Below, in pieces: positions 25,890 to 35,880 of a DNA stretch of 64,000 nucleotides (the first letter of the stretch is position 1; each line of letters starts with the position of its first letter). Under the pieces are notes generated by a model. That model was not told the DNA's origin. It was given only the letters and a program-made list of their open reading frames with translations, and did no database searches. Source of the DNA: Naegleria gruberi (lineage: Eukaryota); the NCBI GenBank assembly GCA_000004985.1, contig GG738886.1; one strand, given 5' to 3'. The position numbers and the translations under genes are program-made.

Positions 25890-26300
25890 TTATTTACGCT
25901 TGTAGATGTCAACTTTCTTATTCTTCTTTCCACCTCTTCTATTCTTTCTATTCTTTCTATTCTTCTTTCTATAAGTATCAATTCTTCTCTTCTTATTCAA
26001 TCTTCTCTTCTTTCCATATACATCAATCTTCTTTCTGATAACTCTCTTCTTTCCAAATCTCTTCCATCCTCTTCTCTTTCTTCCATAAGTGTCAATGTAC
26101 TTGTTGAGCTTTCTATTGTTCTTTCTCTTCTTGTGTCTGAATCTCTTGAGATTTCTCTTCTTGTTATTATTCTTTCTAATGTACAAGGAAAGTGTTGAGG
26201 CAGCAGTTGTTGATTCTTCTGCAGAAACTCCTGAAGTGAAGGAAAGTGCAAGAATTGCCAATGACAAGGCAATCAATAAGATTGAAACGAATCTTTTCAT
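25890..26300 (-). CDS. Secreted, extremely basic tandem-repeat protein. A signal peptide (MKRFVSILLIALSLAILALSFTSGVSA) is followed by at least four repeats with the core [IV]D[TVI]Y flanked by K/R runs (KYIDTYGRKRRG, KKIDVYGKKRR, RRIDTYRKKNR, KKVDIYKRK).
   Basis: 136-aa ORF from a true ATG at 26300. On the + strand the region is a 300-nt polypyrimidine (CT-rich) tract with internal repeats. Dibasic KR/RR sites flank every core. Confidence 0.6.
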   Translation of the reverse strand: MKRFVSILLIALSLAILALSFTSGVSAEESTTAASTLSLYIRKNNNKKRNLKRFRHKKRKNNRKLNKYIDTYGRKRRGWKRFGKKRVIRKKIDVYGKKRRLNKKRRIDTYRKKNRKNRKNRRGGKKNKKVDIYKRK

Positions 26301-26773
26301 TTTTTGTTTTTTTGATTGTGTTCAAGAAGTGAAACATATCCCAGTATTTAAAGATATGAAAAGAATAGTATGTTGATTTTTTTGGTATAGAAGATGAATG
26401 ATTTTCCAAAAAGAGAGTGGCCACAGATTTTGGACATTGTTCATTTGGTCTTTGTTAATCCATGCGGATTATTGAACAAGAACAGATGGAAAGAACTTCA
26501 ATGGTTGGATTGTGCATAAAGATGTGGAATATCTTGGAATGCAAAAAATTCCAATGTTTGAAGGACTGTAAAGAAATACGGCTGGTTACAAAAAAGTCCA
26601 TTTAATTTACAAATCTCTATTCAAAGATTGGTATAAGTGATCAAAGAAACAATAAAGAGTATTGAGAAGAATTTCTGGTACCTTGAAAATATTGAAATTC
26701 ATCTGATACAGTATTCTTGATATTAATTGTGCTGGTATTCGCTTGGAACATTAAAAGCAAAAGTAAAAGGAAA

Positions 26774-26856
26774 TGCCAGCGGTGGGGTTCGAACCCACGA
26801 ACCCATTCGGGATAAGATCTTAAGTCTTACGCATTTGACCACTCTGCTACGCGGGC
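26774..26856 (-). tRNA. tRNA-Leu (anticodon UAA), type II long variable arm; copy 1 of 3
   Basis: Cloverleaf seen directly. Acceptor GCCCGCG/CGCTGGC has one C:U mismatch. D-arm GCA-GAGTGGTCAAA-TGC. Anticodon stem TAAGA/TCTTA with loop CTTAAGA. Variable hairpin CCC-GAAT-GGG. T-arm GTGGG-TTCGAAC-CCCAC. A-box TAGCAGAGTGG and B-box GGTTCGAACCC are present. A 3' T-run follows. Confidence 0.9.
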
Positions 26857-26917
26857 TGGTATTCATTAAGCTTTTGTATATCTTAAATATGCATTTACTT
26901 GTAACACTTTGATTCAT

Positions 26918-28072
26918 TTAATAGACTTTTATTTCCGCCATTACCTTCTTGTCAATAGATGCATCCTCAATCATTACTTCCTCACTCATCAATAATCCAA
27001 ATAATAGAGGGAATTGAATGTAACATCTGGCATCAGTTTTGCAACTTAGCTCAAAATATTGAACTTTCAAATCTTTCAATGAAATACCACCATCAATAAT
27101 GGGTACAAACTGTTGGAGGAGATTTTCAATTCGACTCATTTTCACCTTTCTTACTAAATCTCTCTTCAATCCAATAATTATCATACTTGACCTTTCACAT
27201 TGTAAATAATCATTCCAAGGAGTATTTTGAGGTTTTTCACTATTATTGTCAATAAGTTCCTTCATTCGATCAAAAGACTCTTCATCACTCAAATCAAAGC
27301 AATAAATGATTGTCTTGGAACCTCTTTTATAGGCTGATGCAATTGATTGAAACCTTGCATGTCCACCAGTATCCCATAATTGAATTTTGCAATGTAAATT
27401 ATTATTATACTCATAACCTTTTGAATAAAACTCAACTCCAATGGTTTGAGAATATTTTGAATCAAATAATCTTGTTGAATCTGAAAATAATTTAGCAAGT
27501 TCAGATTTACCACATTGATCGTTTCCCATTAAAACTTGTTTACAAATCATAGAGTTGGGTACATCTGATTTTTCTTTGTATGAACTTAAAATAGTTTGTA
27601 TAAAGTGATGATAATATACAATACTATTGATTGGTGATTGCATAATTGGTTTAAAATACATGAAAATCTCATTGTAATCATCCAACAATCTTCCTCTCCA
27701 TAAAAAACTATTTTGAGTCCAATAATATTTGAAATTTTTGGAAACTCGTTGTAATTTGAAAAGTTCATGATTCATTAAAAATCCCAAAATACAAATAAAT
27801 AATTCATCAGGTAATTCCTTTTCAAAAATTGAACAATTTTCATAATTATAGACTGCATATTTCTCAACACTCTTCAGATCACTTTTTGATTCGATTAAAT
27901 CATGAAAAATCTTGTTTGGAAACATTTTAGGATTTGCTAATTTGTTGATGAGAGATGATTTTTTAAGTTGTTCAACACGATCCGAATTAATGAAAGCCAT
28001 TGAAGATGATGATGTAGATGAGGAGCAAACAGGTGGCGGTGGTGCAATTTTCTGAGGTTGTGATTGACCCAT
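26918..28072 (-). CDS. F-box + Rab-like small GTPase domain protein, copy A (384 aa). The catalytic Gln is replaced by His.
   Basis: F-box LPDELFICILGFLMNHELFKLQRVSKNF. GTPase motifs: G1 GNDQCGKSEL; switch-I TIGVEF; G3 WDTGGHARF (Rab WDTAGQERF); G4 GLKRDL (degenerate NKxD); G5 SCK. True ATG at 28072. Confidence 0.8.
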   Translation of the reverse strand: MGQSQPQKIAPPPPVCSSSTSSSSMAFINSDRVEQLKKSSLINKLANPKMFPNKIFHDLIESKSDLKSVEKYAVYNYENCSIFEKELPDELFICILGFLMNHELFKLQRVSKNFKYYWTQNSFLWRGRLLDDYNEIFMYFKPIMQSPINSIVYYHHFIQTILSSYKEKSDVPNSMICKQVLMGNDQCGKSELAKLFSDSTRLFDSKYSQTIGVEFYSKGYEYNNNLHCKIQLWDTGGHARFQSIASAYKRGSKTIIYCFDLSDEESFDRMKELIDNNSEKPQNTPWNDYLQCERSSMIIIGLKRDLVRKVKMSRIENLLQQFVPIIDGGISLKDLKVQYFELSCKTDARCYIQFPLLFGLLMSEEVMIEDASIDKKVMAEIKVY

Positions 28073-28134
28073 TTTTTTATCTTTGGAAATTAATTTGTCA
28101 ATTGTTAGATGGAACTTAATATATTAATTCTGGT
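28073..28134 (-). promoter_or_regulatory. Conserved about 60-nt upstream block shared by both F-box/Rab copies
   Basis: Near-identical to 50383..50446 (accagaattaatat[a/t]tt.aagttccat.ctaacaat..acaaattaatttccaaagataaaaaaatg). Confidence 0.4.
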
Positions 28135-28366
28135 TACCGTTGGTTGTCATAATGTTAATAGGAAATTTAATGACGTCAATAATATTCGTTGGAAGATCAT
28201 CATGTTCCATTAAATTCCATTTCAGATTTGCAATTCAACATTTTTTCTTTGAATTCATTTAATGTAATACTTTTGTTACAAAGAACAATAGTCATTGTAA
28301 AACATTCATACAATTAAATTCTATTCTTTAATTCTTTAATTAAGGATTAAAAATAATTAAAAAAAA

Positions 28367-28947
28367 TGCCTTTCAGACAATTATTCTCTCAAAGCGAGCT
28401 TACTTTTTCTCTCGGAGGTAATATTATTCGAATATTTTAATTAATATTAATAACAATTAATCATAATTATTGATGATTTGATTCACAAATTGATTGGAAC
28501 TGTAAACTCACTTTCTACGGTTTTTAATAATAATATTTGATTAATCGTCCAATCGGATTGAATGATTACAATATTGGATAAACCTTTTGGATGATGAAAA
28601 TTACATTCCAAATTGCATATTGTGTCAACATCAAATTGGTTCATGCTCACTCCGGTTTTGTATAAAAAACGAATTTGTACATAATAGAAGCTAATGCTCT
28701 TGGCTTTACTGTTGTTTACATTTTCGAAGAGACTTCACCAAATCATCAAACTCTTAGAACAGCTTTTGAAATGTTGAGCAGAGAAGCTCAACATTCTCAA
28801 TTCTTTACAATGTCTTGGGAAGATTGTGAAGATCAAGTATTGAGCGAATATGATATCAATACTTATCCTTCATTCTTAGTTTTCAAATCTATGAGATTGG
28901 TGAGTAATTTCTCATCAGAAACAGGTACGTACTTAACATGTGAGTAA
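28367..28947 (+). CDS. Thioredoxin-fold-like protein lacking a CxxC motif (tentative). Exon 1 is 28367..28418. A 269-nt intron lies at 28419..28687. Exon 2 runs from 28688; its 3' end is unresolved (possible donor around 28907).
   Basis: MPFRQLFSQSELTFSLG | EANALGFTVVYIFEETSPNHQ...YDINTYPSFLVFKSMRL resembles the thioredoxin beta-alpha-beta core (YPT..L.FK) but has no redox cysteines. The splice keeps frame (G + aa = GAA). Confidence 0.4.
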
Positions 28948-29047
28948 CACCTCAATCATGTTTTGGTCTGTTTACTTTTGGACATTAACGTGCATTATCC
29001 GTATACAATGATGGGCGAAACTTTCGTGTCATCGTGTGGTTCATTAT

Positions 29048-29226
29048 CCAATCAGAACAAAACCTAAGAGCGCATCTAAGGAAGTTAGCCGTTGTGAATT
29101 GAGTTGCTAAAATGGCTGTCATTTTTGAGAGTGACATTTGGCAAGCGGGTTACACACTGAACTAGCTGGAACAATTGTGAAAAATCAGCGGTTTTTGTAA
29201 ACTTGTGTTGAACAGCTGCCAATCAA
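29048..29226 (+). promoter_or_regulatory. Promoter region of the secreted propeller gene with two CCAATCA boxes (29048..29055 and 29220..29226)
   Basis: GC-richer ORF-free block upstream of a strongly codon-biased (highly expressed) gene. CCAATCA is the fungal HAP-complex consensus. Confidence 0.3.
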
Positions 29227-29320
29227 AAGATCTATCAAGTTAACACACACATTGCGCCGTTTCAATAAATGTCAAACAGTTGTGCAACCATTCAACAAAA
29301 TCGAACCTAAAAAAAACAAA

Positions 29321-31769
29321 ATGATTAAAACAACTTTAGTGTTTGTTTTGTTAGCAATCTTTGTTGCTACCATTCAAGCGGCTAATCCTTTTGACACAAA
29401 TAATAGACCATTCGTTATCGGTGGTAACTTTAAGAGAGTCGAAAAGAAGACTCCTTCTGCTTCCTTTGCCTGTTATAACACAACACTTGGTGATTGGACT
29501 GATTATAGATGGGTTGATGCTCAATACTCTGCTACCCAACCTGCCTATGTACCAATTGAATAATGGTCACACTATCTCATTGGTTAGAATTGGTACTACC
29601 ACAAAGTATGGTCTCGTCTATTGGAATTTAGAATCCACTACTGTCCTTACCACAGTTAATACAGTTATGGATTGTGCAACAACTCCAGTCATGTATATGA
29701 GTTATGATCAAAAGAAGATTTATGTTGGTGCTATCTTTACCAGAGTTGGTACAAATAGCTATGCTACTGAAGTTCCACAAAAGTACAGAATCTTCTCCTT
29801 CGATATTTCATCTCTCCCAACTTTGGCTGCACCAACTGATGTTACCTCAAGCTATGGTTTGAGTACTACCTATTCATTGTCTACTCCAATTGCTGTTTAT
29901 GCTGTTTCTAATGGTAATCAATTGCTTTTTGCTTACCCTGGTACTACTAATCCAGCTTTTGTTGTCTTTGATCCTGCAAGTACTTCATGGAAGGAAATTA
30001 TTGTCACTGTCATTAGAAGTAATGCCAATGGTTATCTTGCTTTGCACTCTGGTACTGGTGAATTGTATGCCAAGTCATTCGATACTACTTCACCATATGC
30101 TTCATCATTCTGGAAGTATGATTCTACTAATTCTAATTACTTTGTCAATGTTAAGACTTTGGCTTCATCTACCTACGTTACAACTATCAATCAAGCTGCT
30201 AATTATATTGCTCAATGGACTGTTGGTACTGGTGGTTTATATTATACTGTTAACATTCCAAATCCATCTTTCACTAACTTTGAAAATGGTATGCAAAATG
30301 TTCAAAAGATTACCTTGACTCCATCTCCTTCTGATCCTGTTTCATTGTCAAAGAATCGTCTTACTATTGTTACTGATAGAACCTCTGTTGATACTCTTCC
30401 AGTTTCTGCTTCAATTAGTTACATTTATTATGATGAAAATATTAAGCAATTGGTTGTCGTTTTGGGTGATAATGGTTATCAAGTTATTGGTACTAGAGAT
30501 TCTGATTCTACCAAGCAAAAGTATGAACTCACTTATAGATTCCAATCTGTTGGTAAGATTGTTGCCTACGATGCTACCACTGATGCTTATGTTGTTCCAT
30601 ACGGAGGTGCTTTTGAAACTGTTCCAACCAGATTCAATATCTATCCATCAACTGCTTCTGTTTCTTGTTTCTCTACTGCTACTTATTATAGAACTTGGGC
30701 TCCAAACTTTGCTGTTTATGATCAAGGAAAGGATATGTTCGTTGCTGAAAACTTGTTGAGTGGTCAAATTGATTATGATTGGCAAAATAATAAGGATGCT
30801 TCAGTTACTGCTGTTGAAAATTCTGATGATTCAAGTGTTGTCTATGTTGGTGGTTATTTCAGAACTATTAGTGGTGTTGTTTATAACTCAATTGTTGCTC
30901 GTACTAAGACTGGTTTGGTTGCTTTGGGTACTGGTCTCAGAGTTCATAACTTTGATTTCAATACATTCGATAATACTCCAGGTACTGTTAAGAAATTGGT
31001 TAGATCTAAGGATAACAAATACTTGTTTGTTTCTGGTACTTTCAATAGAGCTGGTGATTTGTGGGTTAATGGTTTGGCTTATTGGAATATTGAAAAGAAG
31101 ACTTGGAACAAGCTTGAAACCAACTCAATGGATAGCATTAATGATATCGATTATGATGGTAGATATTTATATGTTGTTGGTTCTTTGACTAGAGCTGGTA
31201 AATATGTTGTTAAGAATGCTGCTAGATTTGATATGGAATCTCAAACATGGTTGCCAATGAATGATGGTTTGTCTTCTGCTGCCTCAGTTGGTGTTGTTGT
31301 TGATGGTAAATTCGTTGCTTGGGGTTCAAATGGTGGTTCTGGTGTTTCATTCTGGCAAAATTTGGCTGTTTGGTCATCAAACTCATGGAAGGCAATTGAA
31401 ATGGATGCTGCTAACAATAATGGATGTTACTCTGATAGAGAAGTCTGTATTTCTAGTGTTCCATTGACTGCTGTCACTTATTTCAAGGGTAAGATTTACT
31501 TCTTGAGTGCTGGTACTGTCTATGTCTCTGATACTTCAATGAGTAAGGGTACTTTATATGCTAGAGGTTCTCTTGGTACTATTAATGCCAAGACTCAATT
31601 CTTCAATTATCCAAAGTCAAATACTATTGGTGTTGCTTCAATTGGTGGAGTTGAATTCGTTGAATATAACATTGATACTAAGAATATTCAACATACTAAT
31701 ACTAGAGATAGTTATGTTCTTGCTGATGCTCCAATTGCTCCAAAGAATGTCTTTGCTGTTGTGCTTTGA
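29321..31769 (+). CDS. Secreted Ser/Thr/Gly/Tyr-rich beta-propeller protein (Kelch / galactose-oxidase-like blades: FVIGGNF, YVGAIF, YVGGYF, LFVSGTF, LYVVGSL, VAWGSNGG). It has a short hydrophobic C-terminus and looks highly expressed. The frame switches near 29535-29560.
   Basis: Signal peptide MIKTTLVFVLLAIFVATIQA. 800-aa body with very strong preferred-codon bias (GGT/GCT/ACT/GTT/TCT). The signal-peptide frame ends at 29563 and the body frame opens at 29361; no clean GT-AG joins them. Confidence 0.65.
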
Positions 31770-31816
31770 TTGCTTCATTGATGGTTACATTGTTCTTTTA
31801 AATAAATTAAATTTTC

Positions 31817-31828
31817 CACTAGAAATTT
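31817..31828. repeat. Left terminal inverted repeat CACTAGAAATTT
   Basis: Exact reverse complement of 36707..36718. Confidence 0.75.
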
Positions 31829-31831
31829 GCA

Positions 31832-31848
31832 GTAGAAAATGATGATTT
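31832..31848. repeat. Subterminal inverted repeat GTAGAAAATGATGATTT (left copy; partner at 36652..36668)
   Basis: 17/17 identity with the reverse complement of 36652..36668. Confidence 0.7.
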
Positions 31849-31983
31849 AGCTTTGCGACCAATCAAAAATTGGATTGGGTTGAAAAAAAATCGGGACGAA
31901 CTGTTGCGGGTTTTGTATTGGTCAGAGTAACCGATTGAATTAGGTGCATCACACGTGTTTAATAAATTAATATATTATTAAAT

Positions 31984-33012
31984 TTATTGGTTTTGTTGTT
32001 TATGTTTATTCAATGATTCCTTTTGATAGTCATCATAGAAGTCCATTACTTTACAAGCCTTGTGAGCAAAATAAACAAGTCCAAGTCTGGTTCCTGAAGT
32101 AATAGGAGCAACTTGATGTTTATATTTGTTGCCTTTGAACAATAGCAAATCACCAGGTTTAACAAATACCTTACAATTTTGCTCTGGAAACTCCAAATAC
32201 CCTTCTTTCTCATCATAATCTCCCAAGTAAAATAAAACACTAGGTGTAGCATCACGGGTGTCCTTGTGAGCATTCTTGATTCTATGTTTCTCTATCTGTG
32301 GTTCTAAATAGTTAAAAGCAGTGGATGGATAAATACAATTATTCAAAATATGATATGGGTGTGGTAACGATGTCAAATAATTAATTGTTCTTGGAGAGAG
32401 TATTTCCAATGCAGCAGTAATTGTTTCATCTAGCATTGGATTTACAATTCCAATTAAATATTCTCCCAACTGTGTCTTTAGATCTGATGTAATATAATTC
32501 ATAGGCATGTTATTCTCCAAAACTCCACTGTATCCATGATTTTTCTTTCTTGCCTCTTGGATTTTTAATAAATTTTCATTAAATTCCTGAATAATATCCT
32601 TTTTCAACACTCCCGGTAAGAAAGCAAGATCTATTTGACCATCTTTCGAAATAATAAAATGTGGACTTGTTATTTTAGTAAACCACTTTTCCGTGTTAAA
32701 TATTAAATTACTATTACTATAATCAACATTAAATTTCCGTTTTAATTTCTTTAATAATCCTTTAAGTCTGGTTTTTTTATAAAGACCACCCTTTTCACCT
32801 TTTTTCACAGTCAATGATTCCTGCAAATTCACCGACACGGGTCCTAAGGAATGCGTATCAGTTAAAAGGCTAGTAGATGGCTTTTGTCTTTTGTTATCAT
32901 TTTTGTTGTTGTTATTGTTGTTCCTTCTTTTCGTTATTGTTGTTATTGATGTTGTTGTTCTTGATGTTTGTTGATGACATTTTTTATTGTTATTTCTTGT
33001 TGACCGTTCTTG
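31984..33012 (-). CDS. 2-oxoglutarate/Fe(II)-dependent dioxygenase (double-stranded beta-helix) with an H-K-D iron motif (TET/JBP-like or AlkB-like). The open frame has no initiator ATG and overlaps the transposase 3' end in the +1 frame.
   Basis: Motifs AHKDTRD ... VKPGDLLLFKGNKYKHQV ... GTRLGLVYF give the HxD...H...R facial triad with a 50-aa spacer. The frame is open from 33012 to the stop at 31984. The first in-frame ATG is at 32508; the track 'M' at 32838 is GTG. A good acceptor tgaatttgcag|GAA lies at about 32819. Confidence 0.7.
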   Translation of the reverse strand, partial: QERSTRNNNKKCHQQTSRTTTSITTITKRRNNNNNNKNDNKRQKPSTSLLTDTHSLGPVSVNLQESLTVKKGEKGGLYKKTRLKGLLKKLKRKFNVDYSNSNLIFNTEKWFTKITSPHFIISKDGQIDLAFLPGVLKKDIIQEFNENLLKIQEARKKNHGYSGVLENNMPMNYITSDLKTQLGEYLIGIVNPMLDETITAALEILSPRTINYLTSLPHPYHILNNCIYPSTAFNYLEPQIEKHRIKNAHKDTRDATPSVLFYLGDYDEKEGYLEFPEQNCKVFVKPGDLLLFKGNKYKHQVAPITSGTRLGLVYFAHKACKVMDFYDDYQKESLNKHKQQNQ

Positions 33013-35812
33013 TCAACGCAGCAAACGCTGCTGTTGTTCTTCTGACTTCAGACACAGCTTTCAATTTTCCTCTTGTTCTTTGCTGTTCTTCATCTACATG
33101 TTCAGCAGCAGTCTTGTTAGTTGGGATGGTGTTTACCTTGTTTGTGGAAATGTGGTATTCTTCTAAATCTGCTGGTACAACAACAGTTCCTTGACAACAT
33201 TGGTGTGGTTGGAAAAGTCTTGTATCTGCTTCTCTCTCGCATAGCTGTTGAAGAATAACTTCATCATTATTCAATTTTACAGTATAATCTTCCTTCAATT
33301 CTTCCAATCTCTTTTTCGTTAACGACCGTGGATGTGGTAAAAGGAAGGTGTTTGGTAGTATTGTTGTTAACAAGAGTATTCTAAGTTTTCGTAGTATCAC
33401 TTGAGCAAGTAATTTCCCCTCCAATCCTAATGAAATGATGGTTCTCTCTTCAACAGGCTGAATACTAAAAACCTTCTTCAATAAATCTTTGTTTTCATCA
33501 ATACCAAAATCCATTCCACTTGGAAGAACAACACCATTGGAACTAAACATTTGTGAATAATCTTTGGTGTTCGAAAATAAGGAATCATGGTAGGTGTGAA
33601 GATGACCACCACCTTTGCTAGAGCCGAAGTTAATCGTGTCCAATTCTTCAATATGACTACTCTCGAAAGCCTGTGTTTCGAAGAGTTTAACATGACCAAC
33701 TCGTTCTTTCAATGGGATGATATGTTTCACCAAAATGTGTGCATACCATGACTTTCCAGGAAATCCTTGTACAGTAGTGATATATAATTTCCAGAATTTT
33801 GAAAGAGAATCGGAAAGAACATCCATTGGCTTATCATAATCAATGTTGTGAAATACCTGTTTCAAACTATGCCATAAATCCTTTGTTTTCTCAGATTCAA
33901 AGAATGGAGCCATTACATTAATGTTTTCTAAAAGAGTATTACAAGTATTGCCATGCAAAAATATTCTCACTTCGTTCCAATCCTCATCCTCCACCTTATT
34001 AATATATTCTAAACCCTTAATTTTTGTAACGGCAGTCCAAAATTTCTCCTTTTCTTTCATTCCACTCAAAGTAATTCTTAGTATATTTTCGCATAATCTT
34101 TCCTTTGCATGAAGTACACAAATAATAATATTACTCGCTGGTAATCCCAATATACATCCAAGCTCTGTTAGTGTTCGTGGTCTGTGATGTTTGGTGCAAA
34201 TTGGGAATGTGATATTACAAAATGGACACCAACTATCCTGTTTAACTCCAGGACAAACTTCACCGAGAGCTTTCAAGTCCATCGTAAGGAAAACATCTAC
34301 ACTGCAATGATACGATCCAATAGTAATACCATTCTTTCTTATAATCTCAATCTCCTTTTTAAAATGCTCAGCTACATGTTTGATTTCTCCTTCATCTCCC
34401 TTCCAAATGGCCAGTGGTGCACATACAGCTCTGGACTGACCGGTTCCAAAACATTTACTGTTAATAACAGTAATATATATCGTTGTCAATTTAGAATTTG
34501 CTGCATAATCCAAATTCAATGCAACAATTAAATCTTTTGTTTCCTTTTTGTCTTGTTCACATAAAGGCCGTCCCTTATCTTTCATCCAACCAATCCACTT
34601 CTTATGTTGCAGAGCGTAACAACATAGTGTTGGGAAAATTGAATGGTATATTAATTTACCCTCTCCTTCTAATGTCAACACTTTCAAATTGAAAAAGTCT
34701 GAACAAAGCAAATCAGTTGATGACTGAGCATGTTGAAGAATACTTGATGAAGAGAGATCATTAACATTTCCTTCATTTCTAAACATGTCAACTGTTTTGT
34801 TGGAAACCTGTTGTCTATTCTTCACCACCACTTGCTTAAGGATTGTTGTATTAATTGTTGAGCTATATGTAGGTTTTCTTTTCTTCTTTTTGGGTGTTTC
34901 TTTTCCAGATTGTTGTACCTTTTCTATTTTTCTTTTTTGAGATTCTTCCCATTGTTTTCCCTTGATTTTTGAAATTTCTACTCTCTCATTCTCAAACACC
35001 TTGTCAGTGGAAGTGGTTTTTTTGGTTTGATGGGATGTTTCTTGTTTCGAAATAAATCCCTCTTCATGTAATCTCTTTTTATCCAATAGATCATTCCTTA
35101 GAAGGATTCCAAGAAATGAATAAATGTTAGTAAACCCCTCCATCTTTGCTAATAAATCATGACCACCTAATCTCATCAATAATCTTTCACCTTTTTTGTT
35201 TTTGGAAGTTATTTTCGAATAATCACTTTTCTTGTACTTGAATGAATTTGTTAAAATGTTGTCCTTCATCATGGTCAACCCAAAATGGTCCTTAATATCC
35301 ATATAATACCTCAAACCATCTGGTTCCATGTATGTCTTATCGCTGGTAGATCCTTTTCCAATGATGTTTTCAATTGGTTTGGAATTTTTAGAATAATATT
35401 GATTTATTATTCTTGTGTTCCATTGGTCAACCATATTTGGAGAGACAATATTTTCTTGGCCTGAATTTGAGGTAGATGATATTGGAATGGTTTGAGATGG
35501 AGGAGGGTAAGAAAACATTGTTTGTGCAACAGTATGTGAAGTAGTTGATGGTTGTGAGTGGAATGAATTTTGATGAAACATGGGCGGAAATTGTGTTGAG
35601 TATGGAAAGATTGTTTGGGGAGGAAATGTTGGCGTATTGTAGTTAAAATAGGGATTGTGAAAGGGATTTATAAATGATTGGTCTTGTGATGGTTGTGGCT
35701 GTGATTCGATAATTGGTGTTTGTGACGAATATGTTGTGCTAATGTTATCCAGGTCCAATACAGAAGTCCAACCACTCTCCGATTGACAATCATCATGATG
35801 GCAATATGTCAT
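32990..35812 (-). CDS. Transposase, TNP2 / Transposase_21-like (CACTA-Plavaka superfamily), 940 aa, with a Q/P/S-rich N-terminus
   Basis: True ATG at 35812. Core segment ...LIVALNLDYAANSK...SYHCSVDVFLTMDLKALGEVCPGVKQDSWCPFCNITFPICTKHH matches the conserved DFPA..G..SGWS....ACP.C block of TNP2-family transposases. Codon usage (CGG, GGG, CAG, ACG, GAG) departs from neighbouring host genes. It sits between the TIRs. Confidence 0.6.
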   Translation of the reverse strand: MTYCHHDDCQSESGWTSVLDLDNISTTYSSQTPIIESQPQPSQDQSFINPFHNPYFNYNTPTFPPQTIFPYSTQFPPMFHQNSFHSQPSTTSHTVAQTMFSYPPPSQTIPISSTSNSGQENIVSPNMVDQWNTRIINQYYSKNSKPIENIIGKGSTSDKTYMEPDGLRYYMDIKDHFGLTMMKDNILTNSFKYKKSDYSKITSKNKKGERLLMRLGGHDLLAKMEGFTNIYSFLGILLRNDLLDKKRLHEEGFISKQETSHQTKKTTSTDKVFENERVEISKIKGKQWEESQKRKIEKVQQSGKETPKKKKRKPTYSSTINTTILKQVVVKNRQQVSNKTVDMFRNEGNVNDLSSSSILQHAQSSTDLLCSDFFNLKVLTLEGEGKLIYHSIFPTLCCYALQHKKWIGWMKDKGRPLCEQDKKETKDLIVALNLDYAANSKLTTIYITVINSKCFGTGQSRAVCAPLAIWKGDEGEIKHVAEHFKKEIEIIRKNGITIGSYHCSVDVFLTMDLKALGEVCPGVKQDSWCPFCNITFPICTKHHRPRTLTELGCILGLPASNIIICVLHAKERLCENILRITLSGMKEKEKFWTAVTKIKGLEYINKVEDEDWNEVRIFLHGNTCNTLLENINVMAPFFESEKTKDLWHSLKQVFHNIDYDKPMDVLSDSLSKFWKLYITTVQGFPGKSWYAHILVKHIIPLKERVGHVKLFETQAFESSHIEELDTINFGSSKGGGHLHTYHDSLFSNTKDYSQMFSSNGVVLPSGMDFGIDENKDLLKKVFSIQPVEERTIISLGLEGKLLAQVILRKLRILLLTTILPNTFLLPHPRSLTKKRLEELKEDYTVKLNNDEVILQQLCEREADTRLFQPHQCCQGTVVVPADLEEYHISTNKVNTIPTNKTAAEHVDEEQQRTRGKLKAVSEVRRTTAAFAALTRTVNKK

Positions 35813-35880
35813 TATGATATTTCTTTTTGAAATATTTGAAAAAACCGTTACAGAAATAATTTAATTAAATGTAAATTTTA

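Larger units (their letters stand above)
26774..28134. repeat. Inverted segmental duplication, copy A (promoter block + F-box/Rab gene + tRNA-Leu)
   Basis: About 97% nt identity to 50383..51687 in the opposite orientation. The homology starts at the shared upstream block accagaattaatat...aatttccaaagataaaaaaATG and ends at the tRNA. Confidence 0.85.

Noticed and set aside
26723-26917. ORFs overlapping the tRNA-Leu genes (26723..26917, 26727..26912, 50193..50393, 50274..50501)
   Set aside because: They are fully explained by the tRNA-Leu(UAA) genes and their flanks. Identical peptides arise only because the tRNA is duplicated.
29890-31842. Series of Leu-rich nested ORFs (142, 130, 142, 68 and 94 aa) inside the propeller gene
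   Set aside because: They are wrong-frame read-throughs of a strongly codon-biased gene (GTT/GCT/ACT-rich makes L/C-rich alternative frames). They have no start context or domain.
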